A DNA stretch of 64,000 nt from contig CM026547.1 of the NCBI GenBank assembly GCA_014905635.1, forward strand, positions 2,294,001-2,358,000, read 5' to 3'. The notes beneath the pieces were generated by a model. That model was not told where the DNA came from and did no database searches. It saw only the letters and a program-made list of their open reading frames with translations. Numbering within the stretch: the stretch's first letter is position 1; every line of letters begins with the position of its first letter. Positions 1-10,084 of this stretch are shown here, piece after piece. Position numbers and translations under genes: made by a program. The DNA comes from Scenedesmus sp. PABB004. Taxonomy: Eukaryota.

Positions 1-57
1 TTGAACCCGCGACCTCTCGTACCCTAAACGAGAATCATACCACTAGACCAAGTTCCC
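1..57 (-). tRNA. tRNA-Pro(AGG), copy 1; its 3' end runs off the window
   Basis: Identical to 3565-3621. Anticodon arm CTCGT-TTAGGGT-ACGAG and T-loop GTTCAA on the minus strand. Confidence 0.9.
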
Positions 58-749
58 GGAAGCCGCGCAAGACAGCTCCCGTCACATGTGCTATTCTCAA
101 GACCTCCGGTGAAGGAGGCGCGTTCGGTGAGGTTGCCCGTCGAGCCATCTGCGCGTAATATGTACAGCATGCCTCAAATTTGGCCAAATCGCACCCTGCC
201 ATCCTTTCGCACCTGTGACCCCCGCAACGTGTTAGGGGGGCCCGGGAGGGCCACTCAGACCCACTGTTGAGCGGGGGGGAGGAACAACTCGCCACAAAAC
301 ACCGCCAAAAGTCGACGATACTGCGCCACGGCGCGCGCCAGCGCGCCCAACAGCGCCCACGCGACACGCCACACACGCACACCGGCCGCGCGCGCCCGCG
401 CCGCCGCCGCCGCGGGCCGCACGCCGCCCGCCGACGGCGCGAGGCCGCGCGGCCCGCCGCGGCCAGCGCAGAGCCCGCTGAGGTCGCGCCCCAGCTCGTG
501 CGGCTCGCGCCCAAGCTCGCAGGCGCGGCCGCGCGCTGGCGCACCAGCCGGCGCGTGGCTGCCGGCGACGCGCCCGTCGCGCGGGGGCGCCGGCGTCGAA
601 GCGCGCCCATCGGACGGGCGCGCGGGCTGCGCGCGCCACACGGGCCCCAGCCCGCCGCTGGCCACGATGCAGCTGCTCTGTGCTCCGTGCTGCTCCGCTG
701 CGGCCGGGCCGGTTGCACGCGGCGGTGCGGCGCTGCGCGTGCACGTCAC
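1..749 (+). repeat. Direct repeat copy A (tRNA-Pro plus about 690 bp of its 5' flank)
   Basis: Nearly identical to 3565-4307. By eye there is one G-run indel and one substitution in the first ~715 nt, and more divergence in the last ~35 nt. Confidence 0.95.
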
Positions 750-829
750 TCAGAGCCCCGCTCGCGCCGCCTTCCTGCCGCCGCGCACGACACAGGGGCC
801 AGCCGCGCAGCACGCAGCCGCCCGCCGTG

Positions 830-2399
830 CTACTGCTGAGGCGCCAGCGCGGGCGCGGGCGCGGGCGCCGCTGCGCTGCCGGGCGCCGCGGCCGCCGCCG
901 GCGCGGCCGGGAGGCGCGTGTAGTCTGGTAGCGGGCCGACCTTGTTGATGGGCCAGTACTTGAACACCGCGCGGCCCAGGATGTTCTCCTTGGGCAGCGG
1001 GCCCCACACGTGGCCGTCGTAGCTGTTGTTGCGGTTGTCGCCCAGGCAAAACACCTGGGCGGATGGGGGGGGGGGCAGCGGCGGCGCGTGGGCTGCTGCC
1101 GCCGCCGCCGCCGCGCAGCGCGCCGCCGCGCAGCGCGCCGCCGCGCCGCTGCGCGCCGCGCTCACGTCGCCCGGCGGCACCACGAGCCGGCCGAGCGTGT
1201 AGGCTGGGCGCTGGTAGATGAACGGCTCCTCCCGCGCCACGCCGTTGACGTAGAGCGTGCCGTCGCGCACCTGCGGCGCGCGGACGCGTCGGCGCGCGCG
1301 TCGGCGCGCGGGGCGCGGCGCGGCGTGGCGCTGCAGCCCCGCATGCGCACGCGCACGCGAGCGCGTCGGCGCGGCGCGCGCCTCGACGGTGTCGCCCTCG
1401 ACCGCGACGACGCGCTTGATGAAGACGTTGTCGCCAAACAGGTCCTTGCTGCCCACGCCCTCCACGGGGTGGAAGATCACGACGTCGCCCGCGACCGGCG
1501 GCCTGCGCGGCGCGCGGCGCGCGCGCGGGGCGCGGCGGGGCGTGGCGGTCGGGCCGCGCGGGGCGCGGCGGGCGCACGCGCGCGCGCGCGCGCCGCGTCG
1601 CGCCGCGGCCACGTCTGGGCCGGGCCGCGGCCGCGGCGCGCACCGGCTGAAGCGGTAGGTCAGCTTCTCCGCGATGAGGCGGTCGCCGACGTCAAAGGTG
1701 GGGAACATCGAGAGCGACGGGATGAAGCGCGGCTCCGCGACAAACCTGCGCGCCGGCCGGCGGCGCGGCGGCGCTGCCGGGTCGGCCCCGGCCGCTGCTG
1801 CACGCGCGGCGGCGCAGCCGCGGCCGAGCCCGGCCCAGCGCCCCGCCCGCCGCCGCTGCCGCCGCGCAGGCCGGCCCGCCCCGCCGCGCGCGCACCAGCG
1901 GATGCCGTAAGAGATGCCCAGCGCCAGCGTGATGGTGAGCAGGTCGTCTTTGCTCACGCGCAGGCCCAGGAAGCTGAAGTAGCCGTCCGAGGGCGGCGGC
2001 TGCTCCAGCTGCTGCTGCTGCTCCTGCTGCGCCGGCGGCTCCTCGGCCCGCAGCTTGGGCGCCTCCTCTGCGACGGCGGGGGCGGTCAGGGGCCGGCCCG
2101 GGCGCGCATGCGGCCAGCGGCGAGGCGCTGGCGGCGGCGCAGCAGCGCACCTGCGCCGGTGTTTGTGCTGTTGGCCCGGCATGCCGGTGGCCCGCGCGCC
2201 CGCGACGCCGGCCTGGGGGTGCAGCGGGGCGCGGTCTCAGCCCGCAGCGCCGGGCGCCGCAGCGGCCGGGGCGGCCCGCAGCGGCCGGGGCGGGCGCCCA
2301 CCTCAGCGAGGCCCGCGGCGCCAGCCCGCAGACCGGCCGGCTGGCGAGCGGCCTGTCACATCGAGTCACATTGAGCGTGAGGCGGTTGAGGCGGTGCAT
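830..2399 (-). CDS. Type I signal peptidase, thylakoid processing peptidase (Plsp1/TPP-like), 6 exons
   Basis: Motifs EPRFIPSLSMFPT (catalytic Ser), FIKRVVA (catalytic Lys) and GDNRNNSYD. Transit-peptide-like N-terminus. Five introns resolved, one GC-AG (1271-1381). Confidence 0.92.
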
Positions 2400-2866
2400 G
2401 GCGCCGCGCAGGGGCCCCGCCTGGCGACGCGCGCCGACCGCTGCCGCCGCTGCAGCTGCCGCTGCTGCTGGCAAGGTCGGACGGAACGAGGGGTGCGTGC
2501 GGAGGCAGAGGGATTGAACAGGGGGGTTGGGGGAGCGGCGGCCGTGCGCGCGGCGGCGGGCGCGGAGACTCCGGCCGTCATATCGCGCTGCGCCCTCCCG
2601 GGAGCGCGCCGCTCAGTGGTGTCAGCGTTGCTGTGGGGCCTACTCCAGCCAGATTATGAGCCCGCAGGCGCTCAATCTGGGGCAGGGCGGCGCAACCGCC
2701 GGCCTGCTGTGCCAGATTAAGACAGCCCCGCCAGCGCTCAAAACCGTACTCTGTGCAGATTGCCTGCCCGCAAAAGCTTACTCCACAGAGTAGCCAGATT
2801 GCTAGATTACCAACGCTGACACCACTGGCGCCGCTGGTCTTGTGAGCGCGCTCCCTCGCCCCACCC

Positions 2867-3305
2867 CAGCTGCTGCCGGGCGCGCAGCCGGCACAGCAGT
2901 CGCTGCCGCAGGCGGGCCAGCCGCCGCCGGCGCCGCCGCACGGCGCGCCCGGCGGCGCCGTCGCTGGCGGTGCGGCGGCGTCGGCTGCCGCCGCCAGCGC
3001 GCCGGCGCGCGGCGCCGCGGGCAGTCCGCCGCCCCCCGCGCGGCGCCGCTTCCCGGTGTGGTGGCACGGGCCGGTCTTCTCGGGCAGCGGCTACGGCAGC
3101 GAGGCGATCAACTTTGTGCTGTCCCTGGCACGCGCGGGCCGCGGCGTGTCGCGCGGCGACGTGTGGGCCTCCCACCACGGCGACGTGTGGCGCGAGCACG
3201 TGGTCGCCGCGCTGGCGCCCGAGGACAGGGCCGGTGCGCCACGGGCGGCGCGCGGGGCGGGGCCTGCTGCGGCGCGCGCGACGCCGCCGGGTGCGGGGCC
3301 CGCGC
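2867..3305 (+). pseudogene. Truncated inverted copy of part of exon 1 and intron 1 of the GT4 gene (source 16730-17168)
   Basis: 439 nt, colinear with no indels and about 14 mismatches by eye. Encodes VWWHGPVFSGSGYGSEAINFVLSL but lacks the start codon and downstream exons. Confidence 0.9.
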
Positions 3306-3537
3306 GCCGGTGTGCTTTGCGCGCCCCGGGCACGGCGGCGCGCACCTCCGCGCGGGTGGCACAGCGGCGGCGGCGGGAGGTGGAGGGTGATGCCATGCAG
3401 CCCGCAGCCTGCAGCGGCGGGACGTGCGGCAGCGGCTTCGGGGGCGCCGCGGCAGCAGCGGCGCCCGGCGGCGCCCGGCGGCCCCCAGCGGCCCTCCCGC
3501 GCGCTATCGAGGAGCGGGCGCCCCGGTTTGGGGTGCG

Positions 3538-3549
3538 AAAAAGGTAAAA
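3538..3549 (-). terminator. Pol III oligo-T terminator of tRNA-Pro
   Basis: TTTTACCTTTTT directly 3' of the tRNA on the minus strand. Confidence 0.75.
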
Positions 3550-3621
3550 GGGGAACTGCGGGAATTGAACCCGCGACCTCTCGTACCCTAAACGAGAATC
3601 ATACCACTAGACCAAGTTCCC
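3550..3621 (-). tRNA. tRNA-Pro(AGG), copy 2
   Basis: Reverse complement is GGGAACTTGGTCTAGTGGTATGATTCTCGTTTAGGGTACGAGAGGTCGCGGGTTCAATTCCCGCAGTTCCCC. It has a 7-bp acceptor stem, A and B boxes and an AGG anticodon. Confidence 0.96.
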
Positions 3622-4307
3622 GGAAGCCGCGCAAGACAGCTCCCGTCACATGTGCTATTCTCAAGACCTCCGGTGAAGGAGGCGCGTTCGGTGAGGTTGC
3701 CCGTCGAGCCATCTGCGCGTAATATGTACAGCATGCCTCAAATTTGGCCAAATCGCACCCTGCCATCCTTTCGCACCTGTGACCCCCGCAACGTGTTAGG
3801 GGGCCCGGGAGGGCCACTCAGACCCACTGTTGAGCGGGGGGGAGGAACAACTCGCCACAAAACACCGCCAAAAGTCGACGATACTGCGCCACGGCGCGCG
3901 CCAGCGCGCCCAACAGCGCCCACGCGACACGCCACACACGCACACCGGCCGCGCGCGCCCGCGCCGCCGCCGCCGCGGGCCGCACGCCGCCCGCCGACGG
4001 CGCGAGGCCGCGCGGCCCGCCGCGGCCGGCGCAGAGCCCGCTGAGGTCGCGCCCCAGCTCGTGCGGCTCGCGCCCAAGCTCGCAGGCGCGGCCGCGCGCT
4101 GGCGCACCAGCCGGCGCGTGGCTGCCGGCGACGCGCCCGTCGCGCGGGGGCGCCGGCGTCGAAGCGCGCCCATCGGACGGGCGCGCGGGCTGCGCGCGCC
4201 ACACGGGCCCCAGCCCGCCGCTGGCCACGATGCAGCTGCTCTGTGCTCCGTGCTGCTCCGCTGCGGCCGGGCCGGTTGACCGCGGCAGCGCTGCGCGTGC
4301 ACGTCAC
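3565..4307 (+). repeat. Direct repeat copy B
   Basis: Matches 1-749 at an offset of about 3564. Confidence 0.95.
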
Positions 4308-4584
4308 AGGGGCGGAGCCTCGCTCGTGGCGGCCGACCAGCAACAGCCCCACCCAAGCGCTCTCAGCGCGTGGGATCGCCCCTGGCGTTATTCGCCCTGC
4401 GTCGCTGGGGCTGGCCGAGAAGGCTGCTGCAGCGCACGCAGAAAAAAATCTCGCTCCCCCCACCTCACCCGCCCCTGTTGACCCCGCCGCGCTGCACGCT
4501 GCAGCGCCCCCCCCCCTCTTGCGCCTGCGCCGGCGGGCGCGTCCGTTTGGAACTGCGGGCCTGGCGCCGCCGCGGCTGCCGCGC

Positions 4585-5904
4585 CTACTCCGGCCCCGTC
4601 CACAGCGCGTGCGCCCCAAACAGCAGGAAGAGCACACCGCCAACGATCTGCGCGCGGCGCGGCGCGGCGCGGAACGGCGGTGAGCAGGCAGGCGCGCGCG
4701 TGCCGTCGGCGCGCGCGCGCCGTGCGCGCGCCGCACCCCGACGAGCCGCTCGTCGATGTGCTCCGCCAAGTGCTTGCCGCCCAGCACCGCGGCGCCTGTG
4801 CAGGCGGCGTGGCCGACGATGCTGCCGATGATCACGCCCACCACGTCGAGCTGCGCCGCCAGCCTGCGGCGGCGGCGGCGCGGCGCGCGTCGGCGTGCAG
4901 CGCGGCGGCGCGGGCCGCCCCGCGCGCGCGCGGCGCTGCTGCTGGCGGCGCCGCACCCGATGGTTGCGATCTGGCTGCGGTCGCCCCACTCGGCGAGGAA
5001 GGTGAGCGTGAAGGCCTTGAGGAAGACCTGCGAGAACAGCGCGCCCAGCACCCGCGCGGCGGCGCCCTGCTGCTTCTTGGCGCCGTCGTCGCTGTCTGTG
5101 AGCGCGCGCTTGCTGCTGCCGCCGCTCAGCTCCTTCTCAACCTCCTCCAGCTCCGACTCGCCGTCCTGCGCGCGCGGCGGCGCGGGAACGCCGCGGGCGC
5201 CGTCGCGCGGCAGGGCCGCCGTCGCACGCGGCAGGCTGGCGCGGGCTGCGGCGGCGCGGCGCGGGCTGCGGCGCGGCGCGGGCTGCGGCGGGGCGCACGT
5301 CTGTGTGTGTGTATGTGTCGTAGAGGGTTTTGAAGCCGAAGAAGAAGAAGAGAATGGTCGCCGCGTAGTGCGTGTAGACCTTGGATATCTGTGCACGCGC
5401 GTGCCGGCGCGTGGCGGCGCGTGGCGGCGTGTGGCGCGCGTGGCGCAGTGCCGGCGGCCGCGCGCGCGCTGCGAGCAGCTGCGGCCGGGCGCGCAAGCAG
5501 CTGCGCGCACCAGGTTGGGCGCCGCCCAGCCCAGCAGCGCCGACAGCACCGTCATGGCCGCCAGCGCGCCCAGCGCGCCGGCAAAGACCTGCGCGGCCGC
5601 GGCGGCGGGCCGGCGGCGCCCGTCGGCCGCTGCCGGCAGCGCCGCGCGGCGGCAGCGGCGCGCGGCCGCGCGGCCCGTCCCGCGCGCCGCGCCGCACCGT
5701 CCAGCGCGAGCTGCGCATGGCCATGATGGCGGCGATGAAGAAGGTCTTGTCCCCCACCTCACTGGCGCCGATCACGCCCACCGACTTGCCCAGCGCCTCC
5801 AGGAAGCGCCTTGACAGGCCGCCCATCGCGCTGGGAGGCCCCGCTGTGCCGTTGAGGCTGGCTATGGAGAACCGCGCTGTCAGTGCACGCCCGGCCGCCT
5901 GCAT
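4585..5904 (-). CDS. GDT1/TMEM165 (UPF0016) Ca2+/Mn2+ transporter, 6 exons; start uncertain
   Basis: Two ExGD(K/R)(T/S) motifs: SEVGDKTFF and AEWGDRSQ. Five GT-AG introns. Confidence 0.9.
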
Positions 5905-6275
5905 GTGCGCGCGGGCCCGGCAGCGAGGCGCGTGCGGCAGCGGCGCGCCGGCAGCAGCACGGGGGGTGGATGATGGGCGCGGCGCAGCGCGAGCCGGGGC
6001 GGCGCTGCTCCGCGGTCGTGCCGGGTGGCCGGGGGCGGCGAGCAGCAGCCTGATGCGCGGCGAGGGCGCAGCCTGAGCCCGGGGCGCAGGGGTTTGTGCT
6101 GTTGCCCCACTCGTCAGCCTCCGCAGCCCCGCCAGTCCCGCCAGCAGCGCACCCGCCACCCGGCGCCGACCCTCTCGCTCTCCTCGACCGCCCGGGCTCC
6201 CCCCGCGCGCGCCCCGGCACCGCAGCAGCAGGGGCAGCAGCTGCTCGACCCGCCCACCGCGGGCCGCCGCCCGCC

Positions 6276-7777
6276 ATGGCCCGCGTCGGCGGCCACGCGG
6301 GCAGCGGGCTGCGCGGCCGCGCGCCCGCGATCGGGCCCGCCCGGCGGGCCAGCCCGGCCCGCGGGGCGCCCCCCGGCCAGGCGCCGCGCCCGCGCGCCGC
6401 CCTGGCGCGGGCACCCGCCCCCGCCGGCGTGGCCGCGGCTCCCGGGCGAGCGCCAGCGCCGGCCGCGCGCCCGGGCGGCGGCGGCGGCGTGTGGAGCAGA
6501 GGCGGCGCGGGCGGCCCGCCCGCGCGCGGCGCCGCGGTCGTGCCCTCCCTGGAGCGGCTCTACCAGCTGAGCCCGCTGCAGCCCCTCCCGTCCGCCGCCG
6601 GCGGCGGCGGCGACGAGCCGGCGTGGCGGCACGGCGTCTTCCTCGTCTCGGTCGACGACAAGCCGCCGACGCCGACGCGCAGCCCCCAGGAGAAGAGCCC
6701 CGACTACTACGCCAACGTCGGCGACGCCATCCGCACGCTGCGCGAGGACGTGCCGGCATTGTTCGAGCGCGAGCTCAACTGTGAGCGCGGCGCTGCTGCG
6801 CCGCCGCCGCCGCCGCCGCCGCTGCTGCCGCCGCCGCCGCCGCCGCCGCTGCTGCCGCCGCCGCTGCCGCTGCCCCGCCGGCAGTGGCGCGGCTGGCGCC
6901 AACGGCAGCCAGGACGCGGCACGCGCGGCGGCGCGCCGGCGCGGCTGGGCGCGCGACTGGGCGGCGCGCCGGCCTGCGGCGCGCCGGGCGCACTCCCACG
7001 CCCGCCCGCGCAGACGGCATCTACCGGGAGGACATTGTCTTCCGCGACCCGCGGAACAGCTTTGCGGGCATGAAGAACTACAAGCTCATCTTCTGGAGCC
7101 TGCGCTTCCACGGCCGCATCTTCTTCACACGCCTGTACGTCGAGGTCCGCCGCATCTGGCAGCCGAGCGACGGCGTGATCAGCATGCGCTGGACGGTGCA
7201 CGGCATCCCGCGCGTGCCGTGGGAGGCGGAGGGCATCTTCGACGGCATCAGCCAGTACAAGCTCGACGGGCAGGGCAAGATCTACGAGCACGCCGTCGAC
7301 AACGTCATCCTGCGCGACCCGCCCATGCAGGGCCTCGGCCCGCTGCTCGCGGGGCTCAACCTCGTGCCCGGCGCGCCACAGCAGCCCGTGCCCGGTGCGC
7401 GGCGCGGCAGGGAGCGGGCGGCGCGCAGCTGCTGGCAGCTGCGGGCGGCGCGGCGGGGGAGCGCCGACCGCCGGCGCGCTGACGCCCCCATGCCCCTGCC
7501 GGCGCGCGGCGCGCCGCCGCCCGCAGGCGCCTGGTTCCGCGGCCTGGAGCAGGAGCGCGGCGCTGCAGCAGCAGCGCCGGTGGCCAGCCGCGCCGCGCTC
7601 GCAGGCGAGGGCAGCAGCAGCAGTGGCGGCAGTGGCAGCAGCAGCGGCGGCGGCGGCGGCGGCGGCAGCAGCTGGGGCGAGGGCTGGCTGCCGGCCGGCC
7701 TGCAGGCCGGGCCGCTGGCGGCGGAGCAGCTGCTCCCAGCGCCAGCCGCGCTGCCGGTCGCGGCGGACTCGGGTTGA
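6276..7777 (+). CDS. DUF2358 / NTF2-SnoaL-like protein, probably plastid-targeted, 3 exons
   Basis: YYANVGDAIRTLREDVP..IYREDIVFRDP..YKLIFWSLRFHGRIFF..FDGISQYKLD..KIYEHAVDN. Confidence 0.82.
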
Positions 7778-7996
7778 GGCGGGTCGGGCTCCGCGTGTGC
7801 TGCGACCGCCGCACACTGTGTATCATACTCAAAGGCCCGCCGCGCAGCGAGCATCGCTTTCGTCTGCCGCCGCCGCCGCCGCCGCCGAGCATCGCTTTCG
7901 TCTGGCCGGCCGGGGCGCATGAGCGCGTCTGGCCAGCAGCAGCCAGCAAGCTGCGCGCGGCTTTTGGTCGGGGAGAGCCCCGACTCGCGGCGGCGT

Positions 7997-8001
7997 TGTA
8001 A
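7997..8001 (+). promoter_or_regulatory. TGTAA polyadenylation signal (DUF2358 gene)
   Basis: Chlorophyte poly(A) motif 220 nt after the stop codon. Confidence 0.55.
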
Positions 8002-8082
8002 ACTGTTTCAGCACGCCGGCGGCGTGGGCGCGTGGGGCGCGCGGGCAGCAACAGCAGCGGCAGCAGCGCGCGGGGGCTGTGA

Positions 8083-9577
8083 TCAGTCGTCCGCCGCCGC
8101 CAGCTTGGCCTTCTTGGCGCTGCGCGTGTAGGCGCGCAGCACCCACTCGTTCTCCGCGTGCGCCTGGTCCACCGTGCCCAGCTTGATCTGGTACGGCCGC
8201 AGCTCAAACCGCGGCCCGCACTGCGGCGGCGCGCCAGGCAGTCAGAGTTGACCCCCAGGGGTCTTAGGGCGCAGCCCGCGGCCGCACGCGCGCGCCCGCA
8301 GCCCGCGGCGCACCTCCTTGAGCTCGATGGACTTGGCGCCCTTTGGCGCGGTGTAGGTGTGGTGCCGGAACGCGACGTAGTCGTCGGTGTTTGCAAACGT
8401 GACGACGCGCTTGCTGTCGTCCTTTGGCACGGGGAAGAGGTGCTTCAGCACCGCCGCCAGCCGCGCGCCCAGCTGGCTGGTGAAGCCCTCAAACACCAGG
8501 TGCGGGTACGCCTCGCTGATCGTGCCCACCTGCGCGCGGCGGCGCGACACGCGGGCGGGTGCGCGCACGCTGAGCGCGCTGAGCGGCGGGCCGCGCTCGG
8601 CGCCGCGGCGCGCCCGCGCGCGGCCGCGGCGCCGCGCCTCCTTCTTCTGGCCGATGTCGTGGCGCAGCACTGTGTTGAAGATGCCAAAGTAAGCGGTGGG
8701 GCCGTACGGCAGGTGGCACACGACCATGCCGTCTGCGCCACGCGGCGCCACGCGGCGGTGGCCAGGGCGGCGCCGGTCAGTGGCGGCGGCGGCGGCCGGC
8801 GGCGGCAGCAAGGGGGCGCGCGCCCCGCCCGCCCGGCGTCCCTGCCGCGCGCAGCGCCCCGCGCCGCGCGCACCCGGCTCGCCCCTGTGCTCGTGCAGCA
8901 GCACCACGTCGGTGAAGCCGTGGTTGCGGCACGTGTCGACGAGCTCGCTCAGCACCAGGCCGCCGCGGTTGATGCGCTGGCTGTTGGGGATGACCAGCCG
9001 CATCTCCTGCACGCGCCGCGTCGCGCCGCGCCGCGGCGCGCCGCTGAGCGCGCGAAGCGGGTGCGGCCCTGCCGCAGCAGCGCGGGGGCCGCGCGGCCGC
9101 GCGCGCCGCCCGGCCGGGCCGCCCCCCGCGCCGCCGCGGCCGCGCCTCGCCCACCTTGGCAAACTGCGTGAGCCGGCTGCTGGGGTCGCGGCTGGTCGTC
9201 ACGAGCACCTTGGGGTCGGCCTCGCCCGCGTGCGCGTACTCGTCGTCGACGTGGCTCCGCGGCACCGCGGTGTTGTCGTCCTCGAGCGCGACCTCCCGCC
9301 GCAGCGCCGCCTCGTCGCGCCGCAGCTCGTTCGGGATGGGCTTGCCCTCTGCCGGCCACGCGGGCGGCGCACGGCGCGGCGCGGCGGTCGGCGGGGCGAG
9401 GCGGGCGGCGCGGCAAGGCCGTGCGGGCGCCGCGCGCGGCTGCGCTGCGCTGGGCGCGGCCGCACCGTCGAGCGCCTTGCGAATCTGGCGCTTGCGCTCA
9501 TAGCTGGCCTTCTCCTTGCCCTCCAAGCTCTTGCGGTACAGGTACTCCTTGCGCAGGCGCGCGTTGCGGCGCAGCAT
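8083..9577 (-). CDS. IMP4: U3 snoRNP protein IMP4 (Brix family), 6 exons
   Basis: MLRRNARLRKEYLYRKS, DDEYA..DPKVLVTTSRDPSSRL, HEHRGEPDG, HLPYGPTA, ECGPRFEL. Confidence 0.95.
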
Positions 9578-10084
9578 GGCGGCCGAGCGCCGCGCCGCCG
9601 CGGGGCGGCGCCGCCTGCAGCCGCCGCTGCTGCGCCTCCGCGCCCCCCGCCGCCGGCCTGCCCGGGCGCCGGTCGCGGCTGCGAGAGCAGGGCGCGGCGG
9701 TGCCGCCGGGCGCGCGCGGCGGGGCTGCGGGACCGCAGGCGGCGGCGCGGGCGGCGGCAGCAGCCGGCGACGGCGGGGCGCGGCTCTCTCGCGGGGCTGT
9801 CAGTCTGCGGCGCGGCGCGGGCTGGGTGAGCGCGGGTGTCTGTGGGCAGCACAGCCGAAGGACGTAACGCGGAGCTGCGGCGGCGGTCACGACGGCGCCG
9901 TTCTTTTCGCGACGACTCTGTGCGCGTTCGCCCCCGCCCGCCCATTCGCCCCCTACCCCTCCCCGTGACGCGGCGGCTGCCGTTTGTCAGGCGCGCGGGA
10001 GGCGGCACACACAGCAGCGGCGGCAGCAGCGGCGGCAGCAGCGGCGGCACCGCCGGCAGCGGCGGCGCCCTGCCGGCGGCAGCC

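Noticed and set aside
20..30. CCCTAAA telomere-like word
   Set aside because: It is a single unit and simply the antisense of the tRNA-Pro anticodon loop.
196..245. Minus-strand CAGGTGCGAAAGGATGGCAG resembling SRP helix 8, next to a hairpin, upstream of tRNA-Pro
   Set aside because: The stem is mispaired and no Alu domain or terminator was seen. It would need an Infernal/Rfam hit.
7848..7904. 19-nt direct repeat with a spacer (similar pairs at about 50850-50880 and 62452-62482), superficially CRISPR-like
   Set aside because: Only two units, in eukaryotic 3'UTRs, with no cas genes. These are ordinary slippage duplications.
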